From Acidobacteriaceae bacterium (GTDB lineage Bacteria; Acidobacteriota; Terriglobia; Terriglobales; Acidobacteriaceae): a stretch of 64,000 nt of DNA. Under the pieces are notes generated by a model. It ran no database searches. It was given only the letters and a program-made list of their open reading frames with translations, and was not told the origin of the DNA. The stretch lies in NCBI GenBank assembly GCA_035508305.1, contig DATJNE010000213.1, forward strand, positions 12,205 through 76,204, read 5' to 3'. A program made the position numbers and the translations under genes. Positions 36,623 to 46,133 of the stretch are shown one piece after another (the first letter of the stretch is position 1; each line of letters begins with the position of its first letter).

Positions 36623-38131
36623 ATGCTTTTTGAAGAGCTGCTGATCGGGGCAGAAGTACTGCGCCGTGCGGGCCCGAACCCGGAGATTGCCGGGGTCGAG
36701 TACGACTCACGGCACGCCCGCCCCGGCTCGCTGTTTCTCGCTATGCAGGGCGAGACGACCGATGGCAATCGCTATATAAGAAAAGCCATCGAGCAGGGCG
36801 CGGTGGGGATCATCACCGACTCGGCATCGACGTTTTCTGAAACAGCGAAAGCGTATGCTCTGATCGGGATCGCTGAAGTTCCGGCGGGCGCCGGGCGGCG
36901 CACCCTGGCGGCCGTGGCAGCCACGTTCTTCGGACATCCGGAGAGACAACTTGCGCTGACCGGGGTAACAGGAACCAATGGCAAGACCACGACCGTCTTC
37001 CTGCTCGATGCCATGCTCAACACAGTGGGAAGAAAGACCGTTCTGGTGGGAACGATCGAAAATCACGTGGCCGGGATGGTTCGGACCGCGCCGCACACCA
37101 CGCCGGAGTCGCGCGACCTGCTCGCGCTCTTTCGTGAGGGCGCGGATGCGGGAGCAACCGAGGCGGTCATGGAGGTGTCGTCGCATGCGCTGGCGCAGGG
37201 GCGCGTGTTCGGCTTTCCCTATGATGTAGCCATCTTCACCAACCTGACGCAGGATCACCTCGACTTCCACGGGACCATGGAGAACTACTTCGCTGCGAAG
37301 CAGGTTCTCTTCGACGGCGAGTTGGGCAAGCCGCCTCGAGTGGCGGTGATCAATATAGAGGATGTGCGCGGAACTGAGCTGGTGGGGACCGCGCAGCGAG
37401 CCGGGGCACAAGTGTTCTCCTATGGCCTGCGTGGGGGCGATTTTCGCGCCGAAGACGCGACAATGAGCGCATCCGGGATGAAGTTCCGGCTGTGCACGCT
37501 CCAGGGCGACATCGCAGTGAAGACCCGGCTGACCGGCAAGGTGAACCTCTACAATCTGCTGGCGGCCGCCGGTGCGGCGGCTGCGCGTGGCCTGAGTCTC
37601 GATCAGATTGCCGCGGGCGCGGCTGCCCTGCAAGTTGTTCCAGGCCGGTTCCAGATCATCGACAAGGGGCAGCCGTTCACTGTCGTCGTCGATTATGCGC
37701 ACACCGACGACGCGCTCCGGAACCTGACATCCCTGGCGCGCGAATTTGTCGCCGGCAAGGGGCGGGTGATCACACTTTTCGGCTGCGGCGGCGATCGCGA
37801 CCAGGCGAAGAGGCCCAAAATGGGTCGAGCGGCAGGCGAGGGTAGCGACTTCGTCGTGCTGACGTCAGACAATCCGCGCAGCGAGGATCCTGAGGCGATC
37901 ATGGAGGATGCTCTGCCAGGACTGCAGGCGACAGGAACCAGGTTTGTCGCTGAGCCGGATCGGGTCCATGCCATTCGTCTGGCTGTCGCAGCGGCGCATC
38001 CGGGTGACATCGTGCTGATCGCCGGGAAAGGGCATGAAAAGGAGCAGATCCTCCGCCATGGAACGATTCCGTTCGACGATGCAGAAGTCGCAGCGGCTGC
38101 CATCCGCGACGTGGTGGGTGTGCGCGCATGA
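36623..38131 (+). CDS. murE: UDP-N-acetylmuramoyl-L-alanyl-D-glutamate--2,6-diaminopimelate ligase
   Basis: VTGTNGKTTT P-loop, Mur ligase middle and C-terminal domains, and DNPR motif (TSDNPRSE). Confidence 0.95.
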   Translation: MLFEELLIGAEVLRRAGPNPEIAGVEYDSRHARPGSLFLAMQGETTDGNRYIRKAIEQGAVGIITDSASTFSETAKAYALIGIAEVPAGAGRRTLAAVAATFFGHPERQLALTGVTGTNGKTTTVFLLDAMLNTVGRKTVLVGTIENHVAGMVRTAPHTTPESRDLLALFREGADAGATEAVMEVSSHALAQGRVFGFPYDVAIFTNLTQDHLDFHGTMENYFAAKQVLFDGELGKPPRVAVINIEDVRGTELVGTAQRAGAQVFSYGLRGGDFRAEDATMSASGMKFRLCTLQGDIAVKTRLTGKVNLYNLLAAAGAAAARGLSLDQIAAGAAALQVVPGRFQIIDKGQPFTVVVDYAHTDDALRNLTSLAREFVAGKGRVITLFGCGGDRDQAKRPKMGRAAGEGSDFVVLTSDNPRSEDPEAIMEDALPGLQATGTRFVAEPDRVHAIRLAVAAAHPGDIVLIAGKGHEKEQILRHGTIPFDDAEVAAAAIRDVVGVRA

Positions 38132-39546
38132 AGCTCACGCTGGAACAGATTGCACGCTGGTCGGCGGCAGAGGTGCAGCCCACCGGTACAGCGGAGTCGA
38201 TTTTCGCAACCGGCTATTCGATCGATTCGCGGACACTCAGGCCCGGGGACCTCTTCTTTGCGATTCGCGGCGAGCGGTTTGACGGGCACGACTTTGTTGC
38301 GGCGGCCCTGGAGCGGGGTGCCTGTGCGGCGGTTATTGCGCGAGAGCGTTTGACTGGACTTCGGGATGTCACTAAGCAATATCCCCTCCTCGCAACGGAC
38401 GATCCCCTGGCAGCTTTGCAGCATCTGGCCTCTGCGGTGCGCCGGCACTGGGGCAAGCGGGTCGTCGCCATCACTGGATCAGCGGGGAAGACCACAACCA
38501 AGGAAGCCATCGCCGCCGTGCTGGGAGCACGGTGCAGTGTGCTGAAGTCGCAGGGCAACCTCAACAATGGATATGGCCTGCCGCTGCAGCTCCTGCGGCT
38601 GGAGCCGGAACACGACGTTGCCGTGATCGAGATGGGGATGTCGGCCGCTGGGGAGATTACCGCCCTCTGCCGGATAGCGGCTCCGGATTGGGGAGTCGTG
38701 ACGAATGTGGGTCACGCCCACACCGAGTTCTTCCCGGATGGCATTGCCGGAGTGGCCCGGGCGAAGTACGAGCTGGTGGAATCGCTGCCGCGGCATGGTG
38801 TGGCGTTTCTGAATTGCGACGACGCCTACGTTTCCCAGTTTGGCCGCGACTTTGAAGGCAAGGTCGTCTACTACGGGCGCGGGCCCTGCGGCGATCCCCA
38901 CGCGGATGGCGTGGAGACGCTGGGCGTCGAGGGACTGAGGATGCTCGTCCGCGCCGGCGAACAACGCTGCACGCTGACACTGCATCTGCCAGGCGAACAC
39001 AACGCGGCGAATGCCCTCGCGGCGATTGCCGTGGGTGTCGAGGCCGGGATTCCTCTGGAGGAGTGCTGTGCCGCACTCCCGAACCTGCGATCCGAAGACA
39101 AGCGCGGCCAGGTTCTGACCATGCGCGGCGCAACGATCATCAATGACGCCTATAACTCCAACCCCGAGGCTCTGCGCTCGATGATCCGGACCCTGGCGGG
39201 CACGCCGGCAACGCGGCGGATTCTGGTAGCCGGAGAAATGCTGGAGCTGGGCCGAGAGACGGAAGCCCTGCACGCGGCATGTGGCAAGGCGGCGGCCGAT
39301 GCCGCCATCGATCTGATTGTCGGTGTGCGCGGCAACGCCCGGTTCATCGTCTCTGCGGCGCAGGCGGCCGGCGCGAACGCCTTGTTTCTGGAGACGCCCG
39401 AAGCCGCGGGGCAATGGCTGGCGGAACACCTGAAAACGGGGGATGCGGTCCTGCTGAAGGGCTCGCGGGGCGTGAAGCTGGAGCGCGCGCTGGAAGGTCT
39501 TCAGGTGCAGGAAAAAGACGACGGCTGGCGGCACGCGCCGCGATAA
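38128..39546 (+). CDS. murF: UDP-N-acetylmuramoyl-tripeptide--D-alanyl-D-alanine ligase
   Basis: [13 protein letters not shown]-loop. ATGA overlap with murE. Canonical dcw position. Confidence 0.95.
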   Translation: MKLTLEQIARWSAAEVQPTGTAESIFATGYSIDSRTLRPGDLFFAIRGERFDGHDFVAAALERGACAAVIARERLTGLRDVTKQYPLLATDDPLAALQHLASAVRRHWGKRVVAITGSAGKTTTKEAIAAVLGARCSVLKSQGNLNNGYGLPLQLLRLEPEHDVAVIEMGMSAAGEITALCRIAAPDWGVVTNVGHAHTEFFPDGIAGVARAKYELVESLPRHGVAFLNCDDAYVSQFGRDFEGKVVYYGRGPCGDPHADGVETLGVEGLRMLVRAGEQRCTLTLHLPGEHNAANALAAIAVGVEAGIPLEECCAALPNLRSEDKRGQVLTMRGATIINDAYNSNPEALRSMIRTLAGTPATRRILVAGEMLELGRETEALHAACGKAAADAAIDLIVGVRGNARFIVSAAQAAGANALFLETPEAAGQWLAEHLKTGDAVLLKGSRGVKLERALEGLQVQEKDDGWRHAPR

Positions 39547-39583
39547 GATAGGCGGAAATCCCACAGGGTTCGGCGGAGGAAGT

Positions 39584-40720
39584 TTGCTTTACTGGTTGCT
39601 TTATCGGAAGCTCTATCTCTACTTCAGTCCGTTTCGGATCTTCCGCTATCTCACGTTTCGCACGGCATTCGCGTCCCTGACGGCGCTGCTGATCACGCTC
39701 ATCATCGGGCCGTACGTGATCGAAAAGCTGCGCGAGTTTCAGATCGGCCAGTACATCCGCGAAGAGGGGCCCAAAGCCCATCAGAAAAAAGCTGGCACTC
39801 CGACGATGGGCGGCGTGCTCATCTGCATCGCCATTCTGCTGCCGACCTTCCTCTGGGCCGACCTGTCGAATCCGTTTATCTGGGTCGTCATGTTCTCGAC
39901 GGCGGCCTTCGGCGCCATTGGGTTTGCGGATGACTATATTAAGGTTGTTCACCGGCGCAATCTCGGACTGACGGCCCGCGCCAAGATGGCCTATCAGTTT
40001 CTGGCGGCGGCCGCGGTGGCGCTGGTCCTGGTCTTCATGGACCTCGAGGGAAGCTACTCGACGCGCCTGATGGTGCCCTTCATCAAGTTTGTTCGCCCGC
40101 GCCTCTCGATCCCCGCGCTCCTGCATCTTCCGCATTTCGGTGCTCTCGCATTTTTGCCCTTCATCGTGTTTGTGATGTTGATCATCGTGGGGTCGAGCAA
40201 CGCCGTCAATCTGACCGACGGTCTGGACGGTCTGGCGATTGGCTGCACCATCATTGCCGCCGGGGCGCTCACCGTTCTGACCTACGTGAGCGGGCACGTC
40301 ATTTTCGCCGACTATCTGGAACTGCAGCGCATGCCGATGGTCAGCGAGGTGACGGTCTTCTGCGGCGCGATGACCGGGGCCAGCATCGGATTCCTCTGGT
40401 ACAACGCCCATCCGGCTGAGATCTTTATGGGCGATGTCGGATCCCTGGCGCTGGGCGGGGCCATTGCCACCGTCGCCGTGATCATCAAGCAGGAGTTGCT
40501 CCTCCCCTTCATCGGGGGTGTCTTCGTCATCGAAGCACTGTCGGTCATCCTGCAGGTAGGCAGCTACAAGCTGCGCGGCGGAAAGCGCATTTTCCGCATG
40601 GCTCCCCTGCACCACCATTTCGAGCTCATGGGGTGGTCGGAGTCGAAGGTGATCGCACGCTTCTGGATTGCCGCGCTGGTGTTTGCACTCTTTGCACTCA
40701 CCACGCTGAAGCTGCGATAA
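39584..40720 (+). CDS. mraY: phospho-N-acetylmuramoyl-pentapeptide transferase
   Basis: Polytopic, with KxGTPTMGG and [13 protein letters not shown] motifs. TTG start preceded by GGAGGAAG. Confidence 0.95.
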   Translation: MLYWLLYRKLYLYFSPFRIFRYLTFRTAFASLTALLITLIIGPYVIEKLREFQIGQYIREEGPKAHQKKAGTPTMGGVLICIAILLPTFLWADLSNPFIWVVMFSTAAFGAIGFADDYIKVVHRRNLGLTARAKMAYQFLAAAAVALVLVFMDLEGSYSTRLMVPFIKFVRPRLSIPALLHLPHFGALAFLPFIVFVMLIIVGSSNAVNLTDGLDGLAIGCTIIAAGALTVLTYVSGHVIFADYLELQRMPMVSEVTVFCGAMTGASIGFLWYNAHPAEIFMGDVGSLALGGAIATVAVIIKQELLLPFIGGVFVIEALSVILQVGSYKLRGGKRIFRMAPLHHHFELMGWSESKVIARFWIAALVFALFALTTLKLR

Positions 40721-40742
40721 AGGGTAGAGCCGGCGTGACACA

Positions 40743-42152
40743 ATGAACGCAGCCGGCGCTCGCGAGTATTCGATGGAAATTAAAGGGAAAAAGGTACTGG
40801 TCGTCGGCCTGGGCAAGTCGGGGCTGGCTGCGGCGCTCTTTCTGCGCCGCCAGGGCGCGCAGGTCACGGTTTCCGACGTGCGCAGCGCAGAAGAGCTGGC
40901 GAAGGAAATTCCTGCGCTGATTGAAGAGGGCATCGCGGTCGAGGCCGGCGGTCACGGCCTGCTGACCTTCCGCCGCCAGGATCTGATCGTGGTGAGCCCG
41001 GGGGTTCCGGTGGATACGCCGGAATTGACGCAGGTGCATAAGTTCGGGCTGCCGATCATCGGCGAAGTGGAGCTGGCTTCGCGTTATCTGCGGGGCAAAA
41101 TTCTGGCGATCACCGGATCCAACGGCAAAACGACCACGACGACGCTGTGCGGTGAGATTTTGCGTGCGGGCGGATTGCCGGTTCAGGTCGGTGGAAACAT
41201 CGGCGTACCGGTGATTGCGCTGGTCGAGGCCTCGCGGGTCGACGGATGGTCTGTGCTGGAGGTTTCGAGCTTTCAGCTGGAGACGACGTATGAATTCCGC
41301 CCGCAGATTGCCGTGATCCTGAACATCACGCCGGATCATCTGGATCGCCACGGCACTTTCGAGAATTACGTGGCGGCAAAGGAAAAGATCTTCGCGCAGC
41401 AGATGACCGACGATGCGCTGGTGCTGAATGCCGATGATGAGGTCGCCTCTCGAGCGGCGGCCCGTGCGAAGTCGCGCATCTTCTGGTTTAGCCAGAAGCG
41501 CGTGGTGCGGCAGGGCGCTTTCGTGCATGAGGGCGTTATCGCCTGGCGCGCCTCGGAGCAGGCGCCGCCGGAGCCGGTGCTGAAGGTCAGCGAGATTCCC
41601 CTGAAGGGAGCGCACAACGTCGAGAATGTGCTCGCGGCCGTCTGTGCCGCCCGGCTGGCGGGCGTGGAGCCTGCGGCCATGCGCAAAGCGATCACGGAAT
41701 TCCATGCCGTCGAGCATCGCCTCGAGTTTGTCGCGAAAATCAACGGCGTGGACTACTACAACGACTCGAAGGCCACCAACGTCGACGCTTCCATGAAAGC
41801 CATCGCCGCGTTCCCTGGCGGCATTCACCTGATCCTGGGCGGCAAGGACAAGAACTCCGACTACCGGCAGATGCGCCCGTTGCTGCAGGAGCGGGTGAAG
41901 GCGGTCTACACCATCGGAGCGGCCGCAGAGAAGATCCACACACATATCGAAGGCGCGGTGCCGATCGTGAGCGCGGGAACGCTGGACCTTGCCATAGCAA
42001 AGGCCGCCGCAGCGGCACAGCCAGGGGAGATCGTGCTGCTGGCGCCGGCCTGCTCCAGTTTCGATCAGTTTGAGAACTACGAGCATCGGGGAAGGGTATT
42101 TAAAGAGACTGTTCTGGCACGGCGCGGTCTGGCCGCCCTCACAACAACCTGA
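40743..42152 (+). CDS. murD: UDP-N-acetylmuramoylalanine--D-glutamate ligase
   Basis: VVGLGKSG Rossmann motif and ITGSNGKTTT P-loop. The ATG at 40773 is an alternative start. Confidence 0.95.
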   Translation: MNAAGAREYSMEIKGKKVLVVGLGKSGLAAALFLRRQGAQVTVSDVRSAEELAKEIPALIEEGIAVEAGGHGLLTFRRQDLIVVSPGVPVDTPELTQVHKFGLPIIGEVELASRYLRGKILAITGSNGKTTTTTLCGEILRAGGLPVQVGGNIGVPVIALVEASRVDGWSVLEVSSFQLETTYEFRPQIAVILNITPDHLDRHGTFENYVAAKEKIFAQQMTDDALVLNADDEVASRAAARAKSRIFWFSQKRVVRQGAFVHEGVIAWRASEQAPPEPVLKVSEIPLKGAHNVENVLAAVCAARLAGVEPAAMRKAITEFHAVEHRLEFVAKINGVDYYNDSKATNVDASMKAIAAFPGGIHLILGGKDKNSDYRQMRPLLQERVKAVYTIGAAAEKIHTHIEGAVPIVSAGTLDLAIAKAAAAAQPGEIVLLAPACSSFDQFENYEHRGRVFKETVLARRGLAALTTT

Positions 42153-42167
42153 GAAGAAGCGAGTCTT

Positions 42168-43259
42168 ATGGCAAAACGAGTGGGCGTCGACAAGTGGCTG
42201 TACTTCGCAACGCTGGTGCTGGTGGTCATCGGTCTGGCGATGGTCTTCAGCGCCTCGGCCGTGATGGCCGGGGACCGCTTTGGATCGCCCTACTACTTCG
42301 TCGTTCGCCAATCGCTGTGGGCGTTGATTGGGCTGCTGGCCATGACATTGCTGATCCGGGTGCCGTACACCCGGTACAACCGGCCGTCGGTCGTCTTCCC
42401 GGTGGTGGGCGTGACCATCATTCTTCTGCTCGCCGCATTCCTGATGCGCGACTCGCACAACACCCATCGCTGGATCCGCGTCGGTATGCTGTCGTTCCAG
42501 CCCTCGGAAATCGCCAAGCCGGCCCTGGTGCTGTTTCTGGCCTGGTTTCTCCAGAACCGCATGCATCTGATGGAGGACTGGCGCGGAACACTGCTGCCCG
42601 CGGTTCTTCCCAGTCTGATCTTCATTGCTCTCATCCTCAAGGAACCGGATCTGGGGACCGCTCTTGTCTGCGCCGGCGTGACGGCGCTGATGCTGTGGCT
42701 GGCCGGCATGAACCCAAAATATCTCGGGTACGCGGCGCTGGCGGCCGCCCCAGTGCTCTACTTCATGCTGTTCGATGTGAAGTGGAGGCGCGACCGCATG
42801 CTGGCTTTCATCAATCCGGAAGCCGATCCGCTCGGCAAGGGTTTCCACATTATCCAGTCGCTGATCGCGGTTGGGTCCGGCGGATTTCACGGCCTGGGAT
42901 ACATGGATGGGCGGCAGAAACTGTTCTATCTGCCCGAGCCGCATACGGACTACATCTTTGCGAACATCGCTGAGGAACTGGGTCTGATCGGGGCCCTGAT
43001 TGTTGTCGGGCTCTTCGTCTTTATCGGGTGGCGCGGGATGCGGGCGGCAATCCTGTCCAGGGATCCGTTCGCGCGTTTCGTGGCCTTCGGGATTACGGCG
43101 ACCATCCTGATCCAGGCGTTCTTCAACATCAGCGTGGTGCTGGCCCTGGTGCCGACCAAAGGCATCACGCTTCCGTTTGTGTCCTATGGCGGAACCTCGC
43201 TCTTCATCATGCTGGCGCTGGTCGGCGTTCTGCTGAATGTCACCCGTGAAGTGGATTAG
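42168..43259 (+). CDS. ftsW: SEDS-family peptidoglycan polymerase FtsW
   Basis: About 10 TM helices, with the PEPHTDYIFA motif of FtsW/RodA. Canonical dcw position. Confidence 0.9.
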   Translation: MAKRVGVDKWLYFATLVLVVIGLAMVFSASAVMAGDRFGSPYYFVVRQSLWALIGLLAMTLLIRVPYTRYNRPSVVFPVVGVTIILLLAAFLMRDSHNTHRWIRVGMLSFQPSEIAKPALVLFLAWFLQNRMHLMEDWRGTLLPAVLPSLIFIALILKEPDLGTALVCAGVTALMLWLAGMNPKYLGYAALAAAPVLYFMLFDVKWRRDRMLAFINPEADPLGKGFHIIQSLIAVGSGGFHGLGYMDGRQKLFYLPEPHTDYIFANIAEELGLIGALIVVGLFVFIGWRGMRAAILSRDPFARFVAFGITATILIQAFFNISVVLALVPTKGITLPFVSYGGTSLFIMLALVGVLLNVTREVD

Positions 43260-43278
43260 CGGCCAGCCCGTCTGAACC

Positions 43279-44382
43279 ATGCCATCGACTCCACGCGTAC
43301 TCATCGCCGGCGGCGGCACGGGGGGGCATATCATCCCGGCGCTGGCCATCGCCGACGAGCTGAAGGCCCTGCAGGCCGCGGACATTCTGTTTGTCGGCAC
43401 CTCCCGGGGACTCGAATCGCGGCTGGTGCCACGGGGCGGCTATCGGCTGGAGCTGATTCGCGTTGGACAACTGAACCGGGTCTCGCTGGCGACTCGGCTG
43501 CGGACGCTGGTCGACCTGCCTTTGGGCCTGGCGCAGTGTGTGCGCCTGTTGCGGCAATTCCGTCCCGATGCGGTCATCGGCGTTGGGGGGTACGCTTCCG
43601 GTCCGGTGATGGGCGCCGCCATCCTGCTCCGCATCCCCACGCTTGCCTTCGAGCCCAATGCGGTGCCGGGCCTCGCAAATCGGCTGATCGGCGCCAGAGT
43701 AAAAGCGGCGGCGGTGAACTTCGAGCCCGCGGCGCGCTACTTCCGCAATGCGCACGTCACCGGAATCCCGGTCCGTGCGGAATTCTTTCGGCTGGCGGCG
43801 CGGCTGCCGGGAGCCCCACCCCGTCTGCTGGTCTTTGGCGGCAGCCAGGGAGCGCGGGCTCTGAATGCGCTGATGCCCAGGGTTGCCAGGTCTGTGCTGG
43901 AACAGGTGCCAGGTCTCACCATCCTGCACCAGGCAGGAGCGCGCCACGCCGAAGCGACCCTCGCAGCGTATCGCGAGAGCGGAGCGCCGAGCGATCGATG
44001 GCAGGTTGAGGCATTCCTCGATGACATGCCGCGCCGGTTCGAGGCAGCCGATCTGGTTCTGGCGCGCAGCGGAGCGTCGACGGTGGCGGAGCTGGCCGCG
44101 GCCGGGAAGCCGGCGGTCCTGATCCCGTTGCCTACGGCAGCCGACGATCACCAGCGCCGGAATGCCGAGGTGATGGCGCAGGCGGGAGCGGCGCGCGTGC
44201 TGCTCGAGCCCGATCTGACACCGGAACAACTCGAGGGGACGCTGGCTGATCTGTTCGCGAGGCCGGAGAGCCTGCACGCCATGGCGGAGGCGGCGCGAAC
44301 TTTGGCTCATCCGGACGCGGCGGAGCGGATTGCGCGCCTGGCGATGGGGCTGGTAAGACAGGATCGCGATTCCGCCATCTGA
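43279..44382 (+). CDS. murG: undecaprenyldiphospho-muramoylpentapeptide beta-N-acetylglucosaminyltransferase
   Basis: AGGGTGGHIIPALA N-terminal motif and a GT28 C-terminal domain (SGASTVAELAAAGKPAVLIPLP). Confidence 0.95.
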   Translation: MPSTPRVLIAGGGTGGHIIPALAIADELKALQAADILFVGTSRGLESRLVPRGGYRLELIRVGQLNRVSLATRLRTLVDLPLGLAQCVRLLRQFRPDAVIGVGGYASGPVMGAAILLRIPTLAFEPNAVPGLANRLIGARVKAAAVNFEPAARYFRNAHVTGIPVRAEFFRLAARLPGAPPRLLVFGGSQGARALNALMPRVARSVLEQVPGLTILHQAGARHAEATLAAYRESGAPSDRWQVEAFLDDMPRRFEAADLVLARSGASTVAELAAAGKPAVLIPLPTAADDHQRRNAEVMAQAGAARVLLEPDLTPEQLEGTLADLFARPESLHAMAEAARTLAHPDAAERIARLAMGLVRQDRDSAI

Positions 44383-44427
44383 GGGGGGGTGAACCCGGGG
44401 AACGCACGAATGGAATCAATAGCTTGC

Positions 44428-44446
44428 AGAGGGGTCGAACCCCTCT
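44428..44446 (+). terminator. hairpin downstream of murG (weak terminator candidate)
   Basis: AGAGGGG / CCCCTCT 7-bp stem with a TCGAA loop. An A/T-rich tract follows, but no clean U-run. Confidence 0.3.
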
Positions 44447-44450
44447 TAGA

Positions 44451-44464
44451 TAACTAAATAGTTA
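44451..44464. promoter_or_regulatory. AT-rich perfect inverted repeat TAACTA-AA-TAGTTA (candidate protein-binding site)
   Basis: 6-bp arms with a 2-bp spacer, extendable to 8-bp arms with one mismatch. The most AT-rich spot in an otherwise GC-rich intergenic region. Confidence 0.25.
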
Positions 44465-44506
44465 ACCACGGGCGTACGATCCCGAAGGAGTCGTTCTGAA
44501 GTCGAT

Positions 44507-44542
44507 CCAGAAACATGAAGGCCTGCTCCGAAAGAGCAGGCC
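44507..44542 (-). terminator. Rho-independent terminator after the Gly/Tyr-rich protein gene
   Basis: Perfect 9-bp stem GGCCTGCTC / GAGCAGGCC with a 5-nt loop, 24 nt after the stop. Followed on the minus strand by TTCATGTTTCT. Confidence 0.6.
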
Positions 44543-44566
44543 TCCAGGTGTCAGGCATCCCTGAGA

Positions 44567-45223
44567 TTACCGGCGTCCGCCGCCACCATGGCCTCCGCCA
44601 CCGTGGAATCCTCCGCCGCCGTGGAATCCACCGGCCGCCCCGCCATGGAAACCACCGGCTGCGCCGCCGTGGAAGCCGCCCGAGTACCCGCCGCGGAATC
44701 CACCGTTGTAGCCATGGAACCCATTAATCGCCGGCGTTCCACCGCGGAAGCCGTTGGTGTACGGACCGTGATATGCCCCACCATAGCTGCGGACTCCGCC
44801 CGCGTAGCCGTTACGGAATCCACCGGTGTAGCCAGCGTGATAGCCGCCGGCGTAGCCACCCCGGTATCCGTAGCCGCCGCGATATCCATAGAGGCCGTGA
44901 CCCCAGCCGCCGTAGTAGCCGATGTGGCCGTAGCCCCAGCCCCACGGACGCCCGTACCAGCCATGGAACCACGGACCGGCTCCGATAAAGACACCGCCGT
45001 AGAACCAGTCAGGACCCCAGTAGCCATAGGGTGCGCAGGCATAGGGGTAGTAGGAGTAGTAGCCCCACTCGCAGACGGGCGGGCCGCCGACCCCATAATA
45101 GCCAGGGTAGCCCACGTCCGGGCCGATGCCGATACCAACCGCGACCTGAGCCTGCGCCGGCCTTGCCAGTGCGAGTGGCAGAGCCAGCAATCCAAGGAAC
45201 AAAGCGTAGCGCAGAACGCGCAT
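44567..45223 (-). CDS. secreted Gly/Tyr/Trp/His-rich low-complexity protein (YxWGxW-like N-terminal module plus GGFHGG tail)
   Basis: Signal peptide MRVLRYALFLGLLALPLALARPAQA. GGAGG Shine-Dalgarno 8 nt upstream of the ATG at 45223. Almost no acidic residues. Confidence 0.7.
   Translation of the reverse strand: MRVLRYALFLGLLALPLALARPAQAQVAVGIGIGPDVGYPGYYGVGGPPVCEWGYYSYYPYACAPYGYWGPDWFYGGVFIGAGPWFHGWYGRPWGWGYGHIGYYGGWGHGLYGYRGGYGYRGGYAGGYHAGYTGGFRNGYAGGVRSYGGAYHGPYTNGFRGGTPAINGFHGYNGGFRGGYSGGFHGGAAGGFHGGAAGGFHGGGGFHGGGGHGGGGRR
44570..44704 (-). repeat. in-frame tandem repeats encoding (G)GF(H/R)GG units
   Basis: The C-terminal 45 aa read GGFRGGYSGGFHGGAAGGFHGGAAGGFHGGGGFHGGGGHGGGGRR. The DNA shows a matching ~24-nt periodicity (ccgccgtggaatcc-like units). 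Confidence 0.8.
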
Positions 45224-45419
45224 GATCGAACCTCCTGTCAGATCGCCCTCATGGATTTTCTGTCGATCTGACGCCGCTTTCCGGCCCTTCAGAGGACCCG
45301 GAAGCTTTGCTGCTTCTACTAACGTTAGACGCCCCAAAATGTTGCGGAGCTTCAAGGCTGTTCCAACCGGCTAAATGACTCATCCGGTGCCGGAAACCCG
45401 CCGCCAGCCGCAAGGCCTC

Positions 45420-45632
45420 TCACCAGCGCCGGGGCGGCGGGGGATAGTACCAGCAGGGGTGGTAGTAGCAGGGGCTGGAGCAAATGGCCAGCAGCAGCGC
45501 GATGATCCAGCCGATGCCTGTCCAGCCGAGGAACAGGTTCAGCAGAAAGATGCCCGTTGTGTTGTGGGTCTGACGGGCTGCCGCCACCAGCGAGGGCAGG
45601 AAATAAAGGGCAACGCCAAGGAGTCCGGCCAT
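45420..45632 (-). CDS. superinfection-immunity (Imm)-like 2-TM small membrane protein with a Cys/Tyr/Pro-rich tail
   Basis: YFLPSLVAAARQ...IFLLNLFLGWTGIGWIIALLLA matches the pattern I recall for the Imm_superinfect family. The tail reads CSSPCYYHPCWYYPPPPRRW. GGAGG Shine-Dalgarno 6 nt upstream of the ATG at 45632. Confidence 0.65.
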   Translation of the reverse strand: MAGLLGVALYFLPSLVAAARQTHNTTGIFLLNLFLGWTGIGWIIALLLAICSSPCYYHPCWYYPPPPRRW

Positions 45633-45833
45633 AGGCGCCTCCGGGATCGCTTTCACCGATCCATACGCAGAACCCTGGAACTTTGTTCCATCAGGAATAG
45701 CGCCGGAACGGTCCGGAGCGGGGTTGTCGAGGATCAAGAGCGAGGTCAGAAGGCGGCAACGCACCCGGAAGCGGGGAGCCTCGACGGGTGCGCATGGGCC
45801 GGTTTTTGGGGACGCGGCCCTCATCCTGCTGTC

Positions 45834-46133
45834 TTACCTGCGGCCGTGAAAGTCGTGACCGTAGCGAACGTCGCGATGGAAGTCGCGCACGACCACGACG
45901 CGATCGCGATCGTATCCGCGATAGATCCAGCGGCCTGGTACGAACACTGTGCCGGCATAATAGCCGGGAGTCCAGATATAGCCCACACCCGGGCAGGGCG
46001 GAACCACGGCGACGACCGGCGCGCCCACGCCGATGACCACTCGTGTCTGAGCCTGTGCGCCCGCGGCGCCGAGACCCAGGATGCCTGTCAATGCCAGTGC
46101 GCGAAGAGTGTTTTTCAGAAGAACGCTTTTCAT
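45834..46133 (-). CDS. small secreted YxWGxW-like protein, paralogous to the N-terminus of the 44567-45223 gene
   Basis: Signal peptide ending AQA, then QTRVVIGVG...PPCPGVGYIWTPGYY...GRWIY, ending FHGRR. GGAGG Shine-Dalgarno before the ATG at 46133. Confidence 0.65.
   Translation of the reverse strand: MKSVLLKNTLRALALTGILGLGAAGAQAQTRVVIGVGAPVVAVVPPCPGVGYIWTPGYYAGTVFVPGRWIYRGYDRDRVVVVRDFHRDVRYGHDFHGRR

Noticed and set aside
40698-43400. A 900-aa ORF on the minus strand spanning murD, ftsW and part of murG. Similar long antisense ORFs occur at 39344-40933, 51849-53348, 48705-49901, 362-1699 and 14598-15905.
   Set aside because: These ORFs lie in the frame exactly opposite the sense codons. 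An antisense stop there would need a sense TTA, CTA or TCA codon, and those are rare in GC-rich genes, so long open frames arise by chance. The 900-aa ORF ends where murG shifts the sense frame. The translations are Arg/His/Gln/Pro-rich with no hydrophobic cores or motifs, and every one overlaps a strongly supported gene.
44400-44480. tRNA-like element suggested by GGGGTCGAACCCC (T-arm-like) downstream of murG.
   Set aside because: The stem is 7 bp with a 5-nt loop, not the 5 bp plus 7-nt TTCRANY loop of a T-arm. No complementary acceptor strand, D-arm or anticodon arm can be drawn on either strand. It is better explained as a terminator-type hairpin.
44570-44704. Short periodic repeats that could at first glance resemble a repeat array.
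   Set aside because: They are in frame within a gene that has a signal peptide and encode GGFHGG units. There are no unique spacers and no cas genes, so this is not a CRISPR array.
45420-45632. The Imm (superinfection immunity)-like gene as evidence of a prophage or defence island.
   Set aside because: No integrase, phage structural or replication genes, att-like repeats or tRNA lie nearby. The flanking genes are paralogous host-type secreted proteins. It is reported as part of a small envelope-protein cluster instead.
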